Shown here piece after piece: positions 23,301-34,640 of a DNA stretch of 64,000 nucleotides. Origin of the DNA: a virus; IMG/VR virus record IMGVR_UViG_3300042197_002946, positions 64,001-128,000 of that record, one strand, 5' to 3'. Positions within the stretch are counted from its first letter, which is position 1. Each line of letters opens with the position of its first letter. The notes beneath the pieces are model-generated. The model was not told the origin of the DNA. It saw only the letters and a program-made list of their open reading frames with translations, and did no database searches. The translations under genes and the position numbers were made by a program.

Positions 23301-24874
23301 GAAATAGTTCGGCGGCCACTAGATCAGGAGCAGTTATTGTTATAACATCTCAACCAGCCAACATTGTTGAGTCCAATGATGGTTCTGCTTCTTTCACGAT
23401 TACTGCTACTATTACTGGTGGAGGATTATTATCATATCAGTGGCAAAGAAGCGTTGATGCTGGGCTAACGTTCTCTAATATTGCTGGAGCAACAAACTCA
23501 ACACTTAGTCTTACCGGACTTAATAATAGTTTTGATAACTATAGATATCGTTGTTTAATTACGGGTACCGAAGGTGCATATCCAGTAACATCATCTGCTG
23601 CCGTACTCATCGAAAAGAGTGCTTCAGTATACTTTAGGGGCTTCCAAGCTGCTGATGGGGCAATACCATATAGCATTGGTTCACCTTGGGTTGAGTGGAA
23701 CGTTGCTAATGACTCATGGAACTATAATTCCACCTCTGTGCGTAGATCCGGGAGCGCCTCTGATGTATTTGCTAAGAATAGCGGAACAACCTTAAAACAA
23801 GTAGTAAGATGTGGCCCTTCGACAGTCGCATTCTTATCTTCTGACGGGAGGGTTTGGGTCACAACAACTGGCAACCAATATAACATTTTAACCGCAAGCT
23901 ATAGTTTCGTAGCAACTATCAACAATCCAGCCGGGGAGACTATAGTAAAACTAATTGGTAACTATGGCATTTATAGCAGTGCTAGCATATTTGGTAGGGC
24001 TTTTTTATGGGGAATAAGCGCTAGTGGTAAACTATACGGAATTACCTCCCAATGGCCAGGATCGACTTCGGGATGGAACAGAATAGGTAATGATCTGGTA
24101 GTTACTGATGCTGCTGCTTGTCAATATAATGGAACGCATTATCCAACTGTATATGCTATTTCTGCTATTGATGGAACTTTGTGGGCATGGGGAGACAATA
24201 GGCTAATAAACAGCACAACAACGCCTTCTGCTATACAAAATGCTACAACTCAGCCAGTTAGAGTAAGTACTGATACATGGTCAGCTGTAGCGGGTAATAT
24301 TGGAGGCTTCTTTGGTATCAAGAGTGATGGTGCGGTGTATCGTATAGTAGGACAATGGGGTGGAGGAACAGTGAGCGGACGTAATGGTAGCAATACTACC
24401 TCTTTTAATAGCGGAACCCTTGGACTGACTAGCAATACTGTTGTGCCAGTATTAGTAGATAATAGTGTTGCTTATAGCAAGTTAGCTGCTAATAATAGTC
24501 TATTGATTGGCTATGATGTTAATAATAAATTACATATTAATCCTAATTTTAATGTTGCAAGAGATCTGCCAGTTGGTTGGAATAATATTAGCGATATTTT
24601 ATTAGGAACAAATACGGCTACCACTCAAGGAGCAGTTATATTAACAGACAATTATACCAGTAACACAAATATTGCCATGATGCTCACTATTGCAACCTTA
24701 ACATCTTCCGCCACATACTACCAGTATGGTGCCAATAATGCCAACATTTTATGGACCTCAAATACAACAACACCTTGGGGCAACGGAACAACAGCACCAG
24801 TAAATGTTAGAGCAGAATTTAAAAATGTAATTCCAGACTTTCCAGGTTACTGGCTAGCCATAAAGGATGACTAA
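20324..24874 (+). CDS. Multi-domain adhesin: truncated FGE-sulfatase/CLec domain, PT tract, four Ig-like domains, RCC1 propeller
   Basis: WVEFLNSVA...[17 protein letters not shown]...TTEDGSY (FGE-like); four Y[QS]W[QE]RS.[DN].G..[FW]..I repeats; RCC1 repeats ([28 protein letters not shown]). Confidence 0.75.
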   Translation: MQEIIVNTCECPFEVAAIIDLADLVPGTVYKYKLGLMNTGNAIFHPPEGEFLADSSTDTLNVTIYLKDNPNNYYLVNVELFDPFYGNVRRQVVCIKNSGSPNCSAMQCTPTPTPTPTRYPYKIDRHLDISNYKISSSDNKLFGAYRSTISVRDWVEFLNSVAQYDDINTLWKPQMQADIQCGIKRTYDGFFYVYTIDGCDVDESGCYSNDSEHANRTISYVSWSDLARYANWIHNGKPKGRQGPETTEDGSYPLYGNRYAAPGIPSHKGARFWVDTQTVVQQCPVTATPTNTPTPSVTIGLTPTATPTMTATRTPTPSITPPPPSATPTTTLTATPTTTTTLTATPTPTPTNLPVGLSISSQPDPDVFTAIGINQTLSVTAVAVPNNITILYQWQRSTDGGSSWSNIGGAVSSSYTINNPQLSNNGDQYRVLVSGSAPVGFNNPTPITSEVSVLSVTQSQIFITTQPANVTTAGTTASFTVEAQIDPDYCSLSYQWQRSTDAGSTFNNIAGATSSSLSLTDLTTVNSGYVYRVLVSGTGGAENVTSSTAVLVVNAPEISILSHPTLTTSVNASASFSVSATINDLASPYTLTYSWERSTNNGLTFESIPNSNSSTYNINNVTRILNGSIYRVVISSNVGSAPVTSNDATLVVNDNYGGLLVWGSNGSNQLNFTGSTTTPRFTDKITNIYRSAALGQNHMLLVNASGVLEGYGVNTLSQSLGTNTTNIVKVATKYNHNLAIKKETVGSSTIDRLYSWGANLYGQCGQGTTSASINSVTAITSDSNSYIDIATGENHSLAVRSNGMMVACGRNDFGQLGLGNTNNQTSFVTVSGNISSVACGQSHSAAIATDGKLYTWGNNGVGQLGRDPSVSPTDTNPIAVSGSSWVKVVCGQNFTAALNNSNEVYTWGDNTVGQLGRSALGSSAYTPTKISGVWNDISAGNLHMIGIQTDGTLWAWGSNVQSQVGDGTSVNKTSPVQIGAYPDNQWERVFAGGNSSAATRSGAVIVITSQPANIVESNDGSASFTITATITGGGLLSYQWQRSVDAGLTFSNIAGATNSTLSLTGLNNSFDNYRYRCLITGTEGAYPVTSSAAVLIEKSASVYFRGFQAADGAIPYSIGSPWVEWNVANDSWNYNSTSVRRSGSASDVFAKNSGTTLKQVVRCGPSTVAFLSSDGRVWVTTTGNQYNILTASYSFVATINNPAGETIVKLIGNYGIYSSASIFGRAFLWGISASGKLYGITSQWPGSTSGWNRIGNDLVVTDAAACQYNGTHYPTVYAISAIDGTLWAWGDNRLINSTTTPSAIQNATTQPVRVSTDTWSAVAGNIGGFFGIKSDGAVYRIVGQWGGGTVSGRNGSNTTSFNSGTLGLTSNTVVPVLVDNSVAYSKLAANNSLLIGYDVNNKLHINPNFNVARDLPVGWNNISDILLGTNTATTQGAVILTDNYTSNTNIAMMLTIATLTSSATYYQYGANNANILWTSNTTTPWGNGTTAPVNVRAEFKNVIPDFPGYWLAIKDD
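21175..21380 (+). repeat. Thr/Pro-rich coding tract
   Basis: [14 protein letters not shown]...[10 protein letters not shown]. Confidence 0.85.
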
Positions 24875-27800
24875 TGAGAATAGCAGTAAATTATAATGAT
24901 CTTATACAATATCCATTAACTATTTATAGAGTTGGTGGAGAATTTACACTAAGAAATGTATCTAATGGTACATTAATTACTCTACCTATAGGATACTCAG
25001 ATAATTTATCTATTTCTAGTCCTATACTGGTTGGTACCGTAGAAGACACATTTAATAATTTTACATATTCCTACGAAGATATTATTGAAAAAGCTCAATT
25101 TGAGCATCCTGGCTATACTCAATTAGTATATGCTAGCTTAGAGTTGGTAATGTTAGATGCTTACTATAAGGTTGTTGCTTATTTAACAACCAATAATACC
25201 GGAGCATATGCTCCCACACTTATAGGTCCAGGATATCGTGCAACCATCGAATTCGGTAACTTACCACAGATAGATAGCTGTTATGGTCCTGATGACTATT
25301 GGGTAATAGGAAAAAAAGATGACAGTAGTGTTTTTAATAATATTACGCCATATTCGGTTATAGAACCTGTTTTATTGGTTACGCCCACGCCCACTCCCAG
25401 TGCTACCCCCACACTAACGCCAACGATTACACAAACCACAACACCTACTTTAACTGCTACTAGTACTCAGACTCCTACGCGAACTCCGGGACCTACCAGA
25501 TCTCCTACAACAACACCGACAGCATCTATTACTCCAACTCGCACTCAAACCACAACGCCCACATCTACTAGTACAGTTACTCCCACCCCAACTACTACAA
25601 CTACATTAACTCAGTCCAGCACCCCGACTCTCACACCAACGCCAACATCCACAACCACACTTACTGCAACACAAACTACCACACCAACACCGACTACCAC
25701 ACCCACATTAACTCCTAGTTTAACTGCTACATCTACTCCTACTCCTAGTATTACCACTACTCACACACCCACACAAACTCGTACACCTACTGTTACTCCC
25801 ACTCCAACAGCATTAGAATCTAACGTACTAGTATGGGGAGATAATTCTTATAGTCAATTAGGTATGGGGTATTTGCTCAACGATAGGTTTATTGATCCTC
25901 CACGCTTAGGAGAACAAACTAATAATAGACTAGCCAACTATCAGAATATTTTGAATTATAGAGAAGACGGCACAGATAGTGTTGTTTATTTTAATGCAGT
26001 ATCCGCGGGTTCTAATTTTAGCGTAGGCATAGATGTCAGCGGTTCTTTGCATAGCGTTGGGGTTAATGCATGGGGGCAATTAGGATTAGGTAACTTTGAA
26101 AGCAAATCAATGTTTACTCGTATCTCCGACCCTTCACTTAATGGTGTAGTATTCAAACAAATTAGTTTAGGTAATATGCACGCCATAGCATTAGATTCTG
26201 ATGGTAATGCATGGTCATGGGGTCGTAATTCCGATGGTCAATTAGGTAATCATTATTTACCAAGACCAATTAACTCTATGACTACTATTGATTCGGATAT
26301 TAATTTGTATGATTTTGTAATCAGCTACGATGTAACAGATGAGTTTTCATTAAATGACGAAGTTCTGATTGATTATTATAGCGGATCCATACATAAAACT
26401 AGTGTTGGTAGAGTATGGACATCTCCTACCTTCAGCAATAATGAAACAACGATTAGAGTACAGTGGGAAAATTATGAATCTATAGATTTCAGTATAGTCC
26501 CTACATTATTATCAAAAACCAAAGTAGATATTGATCCTGGTTTATTGGCCAACCCTACTCCTAGAAAAATATATGCTTATAAAGAATACAGATATTGCAT
26601 AGATAATGATACTGTATTTTTTGCTACTCCAACACCCACACCCACCGTTAGTTACACTACAACAACCACCCCCACCATAACAGCAACGACTACTCCGTCC
26701 ACAACCACGACGCTTACAGCTACTCCTACCAATACTTCCACCAATACTCTAACTCCAACTCCTACAGTTAGTCAATCTCCTTCACCGTCGGCATCTCCTG
26801 GTCAAACACCCACACCAACGGCCACGCCTACTTCTACAACAACTTTGACAGCTACTCCTACAGCTACTTTGACTCTTAGTGCTACTCGTACACAAACCCC
26901 CACCAATAGTCCCACGCCGTCTACAACAGTCAGTGTTACTCCAACAAGCTCAGTAACTCCCACAAATACATCGACTGTTACTCCAACGATGACGGTTACT
27001 CCGACCAAGGAAGCTTTCCCTGTGTTAACAATATATGGAGACATTAGATCTATTTTAACTAATAGCAATAAATCTACTGTCATGTTGAATGTATACGATG
27101 AAAATTCTAGTCCTGCATTGTTATATAAAGCTAAAATTCTGGATGTTGAGTGGTTATCAAATTTTGGAATAACCAAAGTTCGTATCGATCATCCAATGAT
27201 ATCAACTATTGATCCCAAAAAGATGAAATATGTTTCTATTGTTCGCTTTAATAATGGATCCTCTTACGAATACGAATCTTTTGCTAGAGTACATGCCGGA
27301 GAGTCACACTCCATGGCTCTTGATACTAATGGCCGTTTGTTTGTATGCGGTAGTAACAAGTATGGGCAGCTGGGTCTTGGTTTAATTCAAGAGCTAGACG
27401 ACGCTAGAGAACTACGCCTAGTGAATGGCAAACCAGTAGTTCGTATTGGATTAACTACAACAATGAAATTAGTGAATCCTCCTCCTGGACGAGGCTATTG
27501 TTATAATAGAGGATTTAAATGGAAAAAGATATCCTTGGGTCGTTTTCATACGCTAGCTTTAGATGCTTTAGGTCAATTATGGGTCTGGGGAGACAATGAT
27601 TTCGGACAGCTAGGCTTGGGAGACTCTACAACACTATTAGCCAAGGCTATTGTGGTACAGGAAAATTATCCTTCTATTGGAAGCATAGGAGAAAGAGACT
27701 TGCCAGATAGAGCTAATGTTGTTATTCCATATTCTCCATTACCATTTAAAATTTATGTATTGCAAGACAACTATTCTGATGTACAAAACCAAAGCATTGA

Positions 27801-28398
27801 AACAGACTATTGGTTGGATATTGCTGCAGGAGCTTATCATAATCTAGCTATTAAGAAAGAATTTTCTAGTATAACATCTTACGGTTCATTATGGGCGTGG
27901 GGCGATAATACTTTTGGTCAATTAGCTAGAGTAAATACTTCTCCCAAGATTGTAGCTACCAACGCTAACGAAATAGATATATCTCAAGTAGATTTCGGTT
28001 TTGTTAACAACGATAATAGTCGTAACTATTGGAAGAGGGTTTATGCTGGTCGTATAACATCATTTGCTTTGAAATCAACTGATGGTAAACTATATTCTTG
28101 GGGCGAAAGTAATCTAGGTCAAACCGGTAATGTTACATCTAGAGCAGCTTTAGCTAGTTCTATACGTAATATTCCATCGGTTGTGAATCTGCCAAGAATA
28201 CCTTTTGAATTACCCACCAGCGCTAGCGGCCCATGGGGTATTATTAATGTAAGCAATGATGTGGATCAAATAGATAATATTGGTATAGGACATTTGGCTA
28301 ATCATATATTAGTGATACCAAATAGATTATTTCCCACGCCAACACCGACGCCTAGTGTGACGGCATCGATCACGCCCACGCCGTCATCTAGTGGATAG
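24874..28398 (+). CDS. RCC1-repeat adhesin with three PT tracts
   Basis: [64 protein letters not shown]; TP tracts 25381-25810, 26620-27005, 28335-28395; TAATG overlap with upstream gene. Confidence 0.75.
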   Translation: MRIAVNYNDLIQYPLTIYRVGGEFTLRNVSNGTLITLPIGYSDNLSISSPILVGTVEDTFNNFTYSYEDIIEKAQFEHPGYTQLVYASLELVMLDAYYKVVAYLTTNNTGAYAPTLIGPGYRATIEFGNLPQIDSCYGPDDYWVIGKKDDSSVFNNITPYSVIEPVLLVTPTPTPSATPTLTPTITQTTTPTLTATSTQTPTRTPGPTRSPTTTPTASITPTRTQTTTPTSTSTVTPTPTTTTTLTQSSTPTLTPTPTSTTTLTATQTTTPTPTTTPTLTPSLTATSTPTPSITTTHTPTQTRTPTVTPTPTALESNVLVWGDNSYSQLGMGYLLNDRFIDPPRLGEQTNNRLANYQNILNYREDGTDSVVYFNAVSAGSNFSVGIDVSGSLHSVGVNAWGQLGLGNFESKSMFTRISDPSLNGVVFKQISLGNMHAIALDSDGNAWSWGRNSDGQLGNHYLPRPINSMTTIDSDINLYDFVISYDVTDEFSLNDEVLIDYYSGSIHKTSVGRVWTSPTFSNNETTIRVQWENYESIDFSIVPTLLSKTKVDIDPGLLANPTPRKIYAYKEYRYCIDNDTVFFATPTPTPTVSYTTTTTPTITATTTPSTTTTLTATPTNTSTNTLTPTPTVSQSPSPSASPGQTPTPTATPTSTTTLTATPTATLTLSATRTQTPTNSPTPSTTVSVTPTSSVTPTNTSTVTPTMTVTPTKEAFPVLTIYGDIRSILTNSNKSTVMLNVYDENSSPALLYKAKILDVEWLSNFGITKVRIDHPMISTIDPKKMKYVSIVRFNNGSSYEYESFARVHAGESHSMALDTNGRLFVCGSNKYGQLGLGLIQELDDARELRLVNGKPVVRIGLTTTMKLVNPPPGRGYCYNRGFKWKKISLGRFHTLALDALGQLWVWGDNDFGQLGLGDSTTLLAKAIVVQENYPSIGSIGERDLPDRANVVIPYSPLPFKIYVLQDNYSDVQNQSIETDYWLDIAAGAYHNLAIKKEFSSITSYGSLWAWGDNTFGQLARVNTSPKIVATNANEIDISQVDFGFVNNDNSRNYWKRVYAGRITSFALKSTDGKLYSWGESNLGQTGNVTSRAALASSIRNIPSVVNLPRIPFELPTSASGPWGIINVSNDVDQIDNIGIGHLANHILVIPNRLFPTPTPTPSVTASITPTPSSSG
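25381..25810 (+). repeat. Thr/Pro-rich coding tract (~140 aa)
   Basis: [18 protein letters not shown]...[10 protein letters not shown]. Confidence 0.9.
26620..27005 (+). repeat. Thr/Pro/Ser-rich coding tract (~130 aa)
   Basis: [17 protein letters not shown]...[10 protein letters not shown]. Confidence 0.9.
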
Positions 28399-28433
28399 TA
28401 TATAATTTACAAATTATTATATAGGATATAATT

Positions 28434-30500
28434 ATGGGAGTAAAGATATGGTATGATGGAGTAGATCTGAGTAAGTTCGGACCTACACCATTTATCAACA
28501 TGAGTAAAACAACCAATAGAGATAGTGCTAATGTACATATCTTATCAGAGACTATTAATATTACCATAGAGGGTAAAATCACTGCTTATAAAAAAGGAGT
28601 AAGTGAAGCGAGCCATAAGCCAGGAATAGATCGATTATTAGAAGATGAAAAACAATTACGTCATTTATTTAGTAGAGATGGGGTTTTGGTGGTCTCGTGC
28701 GCTCCTGATAATACAACTCAAACTTTTGCTACCGCTTTTTCTGCTGGAAAATTTGGATTTAATTGGGATGACCAAGTTCGTTCTGCTACTGGTGCTATTG
28801 GCAAAGGTTTAGTATGCAAGGTTACCAACTATCAAATATCTAAAACAGAAGACAATTGGGTACAGAGTATTGATTATTCTATTGAATTACAATGTAGTCA
28901 TTCTAAAAACGCCACTCTACCACATGCTCTCAGCTATACTATTAGTAGTTATAGTGACGAATGGACGATAGAGCCAATAGAAGACACTTCTTACTATCAT
29001 TTACAAGTACTCAACAATAACCCTAATACTGCCACATCCGCACCTAATTGGCCAGCAGGAGTTAATAAATTGGATAATTTAATTCAGTTTAGAATAAGTC
29101 ATAGATTAAGTGCTCAGGGCTTGTCTGCTCCTACTGGACAATATTCGGCCGGAAATGCTCCTGGTTCGACTAGCAACCACAACGAATCTGCCTGGTATAA
29201 TGCAAAAAGATTTATCGAAGAACATTTAAAAATGCCCCATAATAATATTAATCATGTATTTTTGGCATATAACAATGGAGGATTTGGTCAACATAGCTAT
29301 ACTACAGAGGGAAATGTTACAGGTGGCAAATCGCAAGCTGAAGAAATATATTTATATAATCATGTAAGAGCTGTAAATGTAAGCGAATCTAACGGAACTT
29401 ATGACTTAACAGATACGTGGTTAGCGCTAAGTAAGCCAACACACTATTTAGAAGATTATAGTGTTGAGGTTACGCAAGACACTAATTTTAATGTTACTGC
29501 TAGAATTAATGGTAGTGTACAAGGATTGGAAATTAAAAAAGCAGGATATCAACAGGGAGCACCTATGGGACAGACAACTAATCATAATGGCTATAATGGT
29601 AGCACTACATTAGGATTAGATTTTAGTAAAATTGATTTACAAAACATGAATGAGGGTGCTATCTATGCAACTAAATATACTAATGCTTTGGAAGCTTGGA
29701 GAAATTATGTGGAACCATTATTATATGCTAGAACTAATAGTTTAGCTATGTATATGGTTCAGGGGCATACTACGACTGTTCCTGCTGGTAGTAATGATAT
29801 AGGTAATACAAAGACCCCATTGGCAAGGAGCGTATGGAATGGAGCTACTGCTGCGGTGACTGATGGAGGTACCTTTCAGATTAGATATCCTCAGAATAAT
29901 GCTGGTACGTGTGATTATATAGACAAAAAAGAAAATATTATTCTAGATACGCGATTTGTTAATAAAACTATAGGTAGCGATCCTAGTCGAGGCACCATAA
30001 CATATAGTTGTGAATTTAATAATAGACGAGGAGCTAACCAGCTCAAAGGAGCTACTATTTTATCTATGAGTATCCAAGACAGTAAACCGGCTGATGTTGT
30101 GGCAGAAATGTTTGTGTTAGGACGCAAAAGAGGGCCAATATTACAAGATACAGGAAGTAAAACAGCCAAAACACGACAAGTAAGTATTGAAGTACAAACA
30201 CCAATACCAAGAAATATGGCAGAATTTGATATGAGATATAGTGCTTGTCCAATGTGGACAGGAGGTATTGTTTATAAAGATCTTATGAATATTATAGATA
30301 TGTTAAGACCAGTATTACCGGATACATGGACCCCTGTTAAATTAGAGGAACTAGCAGCAAAAGAGGCTGCTGCCGGTAGGTCTATTGCTTTGATTAATGG
30401 CTCGTATGCCGGACAGGTGTATATTAAATCAGACGATGAAACATGGAACCCAATTGAAGGACGTTTTTCCAAGAATATTACTTGGGTTTATGATGCTTAA
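28434..30500 (+). CDS. Putative tail/baseplate structural protein
   Basis: 688 aa, beta-strand-rich, AGGA upstream, located in the structural arm; no recognisable enzyme motif. Confidence 0.45.
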   Translation: MGVKIWYDGVDLSKFGPTPFINMSKTTNRDSANVHILSETINITIEGKITAYKKGVSEASHKPGIDRLLEDEKQLRHLFSRDGVLVVSCAPDNTTQTFATAFSAGKFGFNWDDQVRSATGAIGKGLVCKVTNYQISKTEDNWVQSIDYSIELQCSHSKNATLPHALSYTISSYSDEWTIEPIEDTSYYHLQVLNNNPNTATSAPNWPAGVNKLDNLIQFRISHRLSAQGLSAPTGQYSAGNAPGSTSNHNESAWYNAKRFIEEHLKMPHNNINHVFLAYNNGGFGQHSYTTEGNVTGGKSQAEEIYLYNHVRAVNVSESNGTYDLTDTWLALSKPTHYLEDYSVEVTQDTNFNVTARINGSVQGLEIKKAGYQQGAPMGQTTNHNGYNGSTTLGLDFSKIDLQNMNEGAIYATKYTNALEAWRNYVEPLLYARTNSLAMYMVQGHTTTVPAGSNDIGNTKTPLARSVWNGATAAVTDGGTFQIRYPQNNAGTCDYIDKKENIILDTRFVNKTIGSDPSRGTITYSCEFNNRRGANQLKGATILSMSIQDSKPADVVAEMFVLGRKRGPILQDTGSKTAKTRQVSIEVQTPIPRNMAEFDMRYSACPMWTGGIVYKDLMNIIDMLRPVLPDTWTPVKLEELAAKEAAAGRSIALINGSYAGQVYIKSDDETWNPIEGRFSKNITWVYDA

Positions 30501-30514
30501 TAAAAGGACAAGAC

Positions 30515-33500
30515 ATGACCTATGTGCCTCCGCCAGATCCTCAGTGTAGCCCTGTTCCTTTAGGGGTACAACAGCCAGGACCTAATAACAATTATAGAAC
30601 ACATATTAGTAATTTTATGGCACCAGAAGGTGTTGATCGGGTAACTCCTACGAAAACACCTGCCGTCCCCGCTCCTACGCCTACGCCAGGATCGCGCACT
30701 GCTCTAAATTTATGGGGTAATAATCCTAAACCACCTATTGTTACTAAAACAGCAACTCAGACAGCTACTGCTTCTAATCCTATTAATCCTGTTGATGATC
30801 CAGCATCTATTGTTCCGCGAGGCAATATTGATACTGGCTTAGCTCTACCTAGTAATATATATGGGCCATATCCTCAAACTTTATTTTTAGGATGCAGCGT
30901 GGCTAGTTTTAATGTGAGTTTAGGTTGGGGTAATCAACCATCCCAACTATCTGTAACACTGGTAGAAGACCCAAGTCCTCATTATACGATGACATACGAT
31001 GGTGGCATATACCGTACAGCAGCAATAGCTCAGCAGTCTTCCGTAAATCACTACTATCAAACACTAAAACCATTAAGAAATGCTCAAGGAGTAGTCATAG
31101 AAGATGCTAAGGCTTATAAAACTAGAATAGCTTCTTTTTTAGACACAAATGGAAATGTAATAATTCCTGGCAAATTATTTTATCATTATAATACTACTTT
31201 AGGAAAAATCGAACAAAAATATTGGTTAGGACCAGACCCAGGATTTATCGGTGGTCGTAATAAATTTCGTCGTGAAAACAGAGTAGTTACTGGTACAGAT
31301 CCTATCACTGGTCAAACAAATGTTGAACTTGGCGAAACTGTGGATATTATAGGATGTCCAGTATACTTTCAATTAGATGACTTCGTTTTTTGTGGCATTA
31401 TTAAATCATGGAAGAGTATTAATTCTGGAACAGGTGGACGATCTTATACCGTAGATATAGAAGGTGCTAATGATATTGTTAATCAAGCTCAATTAATACT
31501 TAGTAATTATGCTGGTGGAGTATTTGTAAAAAGCAATGATTCTCCACCTGCAGATGGAGATAGTAGACCCGCTATATCTGGACCATCTAACGATTTTTGG
31601 AATAGTGACGTAGATTTGGATACAGCTTTTCAGGGAAATGTGGGCTTGGATGGCAATATTCCTAATATTATAAATATATATGGCTTTTTGGAGGCTATGG
31701 CTCCAGGGGGTTTTGGAGGAGCAAATATTAATGATAGTGGAATTAAAACTAATAGTGTGATATATGCTTTAAATTATCTATTGGGTATACCCGTCACTTC
31801 GACCAATAAACCAGGAGAAACTACTCGCAGTGTGTTTAGTCCTTTTGGAGCTTTGGTTGGTCGTAGTCCAATGAGTGCTACGCCACGAGAAACTCCGGTT
31901 GATACTTTGCCCATGGTCATTTATACTACTAGCGGAGATGTGCCCAAGGCGAGAAACTCTATTCATCCCGTTAACCTTGGTCCTACTGGTAGCGCCCTAA
32001 GCTTTCCTCAAAGTAGAGTTAGAGAATCCTCTGCAACAGGCAAATCTGTAGCTGGTACAGTATCGGGCTTTTTAGAGATCGGAGATGATGGCACAGTTTA
32101 TAGAAACAGTGCTCCAGTTTCCGCAGACAATAGCGGTATAGAATATAACATTTTCGATTTTGGTCTTATACCGCCAGACGATATTAGTGCCACTATTCCT
32201 GTTGGCGGTAATAATGCTATTGTTAATCAGCAATATAAACAATTATATTATTTGGATCTAGGGGAGCTACCTGTTGTACCCACGCAATTACGTACCGATT
32301 GTTCTCAGTCAGTTATAGATTTGAACTCTTTTATTACTGAAATTTGTGATAAGTCTGGAGTGGACTTTTTTTATGAAATGTTATTTTTAAAGGTCTACAA
32401 CAATTATCCTGCAATTAAAATTATCAAGCTACGCACAGTATCTCGTAGGGTACAACCTTCGGATAGGAAGATATCTGATTATATAGCTAGACTAAGAGAG
32501 CAGAAGGTTGCTGTTAGTTCGGTGAGTTTAGGCAAAGAATACAATTCCTCCGCTAAGCCACGCACCATGTTAATAGGAGCTAAACAACAACGATTATTTC
32601 AAACCAAAAATTATGGATTGGCTTATAGAGCTAGTAATTATCTATATGACACTATCAACAAAAGATTTATCAGCTACTCTGATAATGTTCGCAGTCATCC
32701 TCATGGTAAATTGCGTAACTATTATAGGATACCCAATCCATCTTCTGTTCGAGATCCATTAGCCTTAAACAGAACCACAACAATCACTAGGTCTAATGAG
32801 AGACCAGTATCTAATTTTTATCTACAAGAGTCTTCTTGGAATTCTATTGATGGAGACAACGATATTTTTCCCGCTCGTGGCAATTATTATTTATCGAATT
32901 CTAATATTAGCACAACAACTACAGATACTTCAAATATACCAACTAAATTAACTCTATCCAGCATAAAATACTCTGATGTGTTTATAGAACACATAGCTAA
33001 AACACTATTCTCATGGGCGCACTCCTCTTTCGTAAGCTCCTCACAGGATCATACTCTGACCCGTACTCTTCATCAGGCCCTAGCTTTTTGGATTACCTCA
33101 TATACCGGAGCTAGTCCGTTCGAAACATCATCATCCAATAATAGTCGTAATGCTGGAACAGAAGCTACTATTTTATCTAACTTTGCTCGCGCCATAGCAG
33201 AAATAGGATATAATGTTTGGAATACTAGAAATAACAGTCATTATTTTAAAAATAGACTACAGTATTTAGTTAATAAAGATGTGCCATGGTTTAGAGATGA
33301 TGGATTTACCAGATTCTTCCCTATTATGTATAATAGTATTTGTCCATATTTTGGCACTGTGGATTATATCGATAAAACCAAAACCCAATACGTTACTGTT
33401 GATAAAACGCGCAAGCCTCGTCCAGTTTGGTTTGATACTTGGCTTAATGGATTAGTGATAGAATTTAATGTTAAAGAATTACCTATTACGCGATTAGAAC

Positions 33501-34624
33501 TACAAGGTATTTATAATGGTGGTACTTTTATAGTGCATGAAACTGAGATCAGGGCGGCAATGGCTGGTTATGATAATTGGATGGCTTATTTAAGTATGAG
33601 AATTCATGATCCTCATATAAAACAAATGGTAAAAAATGCCGTTTGTGGGAATGGAAACATTCCTCCTGTTCCCAAAAAAGAACGACAAGCAACTAGAAGG
33701 AATGAACCATCTGCTCCTGGAGCGGCAGATGTAGGGGACACTTCTACTAATTTTGGAGGACAAGGAGCAAACAAGCCACAGCAAAAAGATACTCGCTCAG
33801 ATTGGCAAACCACATCAGACAATGACTGGGATGCTTGTGCTATTTTTTGTGCATTATTTAATATACAAACATCTCTGAATAACAAAACTAAAAGTGCTAA
33901 TGCTGGAGCAGCTACTCCTAAGAATAGGAGATCTGGTTTACAAAGCGCTCTATATGACGACCTCAATACTCTTCATTCTTTTTTTAAGAAAATCGGTGAC
34001 GAGTACTATGGCAAAAAATTTATGGTAAGATTACCCATGATATTATCATATAGAGATAGAGACACTATGATTAATATGGATCCAAGACCAACGCCAACAC
34101 CCGCTCCTAATGCAGCTAATACCGGATCTACTACCCCTCCTTCTGGCGGCCCAAATCCGGGAACAAGTAATCCTGGCAGCGATCCATCATCTAATCCTAA
34201 TGCTGGTTCGATTCCATCTGCAAACTATACTTATATTAATATTGGATCATCGGAGAATCCAAGATATATCACAGAAGGTAGTGGCAAAGTGTACTCCAAT
34301 TATAACATTAGTCCAGAAGGAGCTTGGGAAGAGTATGGCAATAGTATAGACGATTGTATCATGGTTGGAGGATATGCCGCTTCTATTTTTACAGATGATA
34401 GTGGCAGAATAAAACCCATACTTGGCTATCCGGCTGATGATAAGTTTGATCACGAAGCATTTTGGTGTTGTGAATGGGTACGAGATAATGTATGCAAATT
34501 AGTAAATGGCCCAAATATGTTTTACTATTATGATATACTTAAAAGATCTAATGCTCTATCCAATGCTTCTAGATATACAGACTTTCCTGGAAATGATGAT
34601 AACAACTCTAATGCTTGCACTTAA
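30515..34624 (+). CDS. Putative tail/baseplate (hub-like) protein
   Basis: 1369 aa; FLGCSVASFNVSLGWG..SQLSVTLVED and FITEICDKSGVDFF resemble phage tail hub-type segments; short PTPTP linkers; AAGGA RBS. Confidence 0.45.
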   Translation: MTYVPPPDPQCSPVPLGVQQPGPNNNYRTHISNFMAPEGVDRVTPTKTPAVPAPTPTPGSRTALNLWGNNPKPPIVTKTATQTATASNPINPVDDPASIVPRGNIDTGLALPSNIYGPYPQTLFLGCSVASFNVSLGWGNQPSQLSVTLVEDPSPHYTMTYDGGIYRTAAIAQQSSVNHYYQTLKPLRNAQGVVIEDAKAYKTRIASFLDTNGNVIIPGKLFYHYNTTLGKIEQKYWLGPDPGFIGGRNKFRRENRVVTGTDPITGQTNVELGETVDIIGCPVYFQLDDFVFCGIIKSWKSINSGTGGRSYTVDIEGANDIVNQAQLILSNYAGGVFVKSNDSPPADGDSRPAISGPSNDFWNSDVDLDTAFQGNVGLDGNIPNIINIYGFLEAMAPGGFGGANINDSGIKTNSVIYALNYLLGIPVTSTNKPGETTRSVFSPFGALVGRSPMSATPRETPVDTLPMVIYTTSGDVPKARNSIHPVNLGPTGSALSFPQSRVRESSATGKSVAGTVSGFLEIGDDGTVYRNSAPVSADNSGIEYNIFDFGLIPPDDISATIPVGGNNAIVNQQYKQLYYLDLGELPVVPTQLRTDCSQSVIDLNSFITEICDKSGVDFFYEMLFLKVYNNYPAIKIIKLRTVSRRVQPSDRKISDYIARLREQKVAVSSVSLGKEYNSSAKPRTMLIGAKQQRLFQTKNYGLAYRASNYLYDTINKRFISYSDNVRSHPHGKLRNYYRIPNPSSVRDPLALNRTTTITRSNERPVSNFYLQESSWNSIDGDNDIFPARGNYYLSNSNISTTTTDTSNIPTKLTLSSIKYSDVFIEHIAKTLFSWAHSSFVSSSQDHTLTRTLHQALAFWITSYTGASPFETSSSNNSRNAGTEATILSNFARAIAEIGYNVWNTRNNSHYFKNRLQYLVNKDVPWFRDDGFTRFFPIMYNSICPYFGTVDYIDKTKTQYVTVDKTRKPRPVWFDTWLNGLVIEFNVKELPITRLELQGIYNGGTFIVHETEIRAAMAGYDNWMAYLSMRIHDPHIKQMVKNAVCGNGNIPPVPKKERQATRRNEPSAPGAADVGDTSTNFGGQGANKPQQKDTRSDWQTTSDNDWDACAIFCALFNIQTSLNNKTKSANAGAATPKNRRSGLQSALYDDLNTLHSFFKKIGDEYYGKKFMVRLPMILSYRDRDTMINMDPRPTPTPAPNAANTGSTTPPSGGPNPGTSNPGSDPSSNPNAGSIPSANYTYINIGSSENPRYITEGSGKVYSNYNISPEGAWEEYGNSIDDCIMVGGYAASIFTDDSGRIKPILGYPADDKFDHEAFWCCEWVRDNVCKLVNGPNMFYYYDILKRSNALSNASRYTDFPGNDDNNSNACT

Positions 34625-34640
34625 AAGGCGATAAAATATT

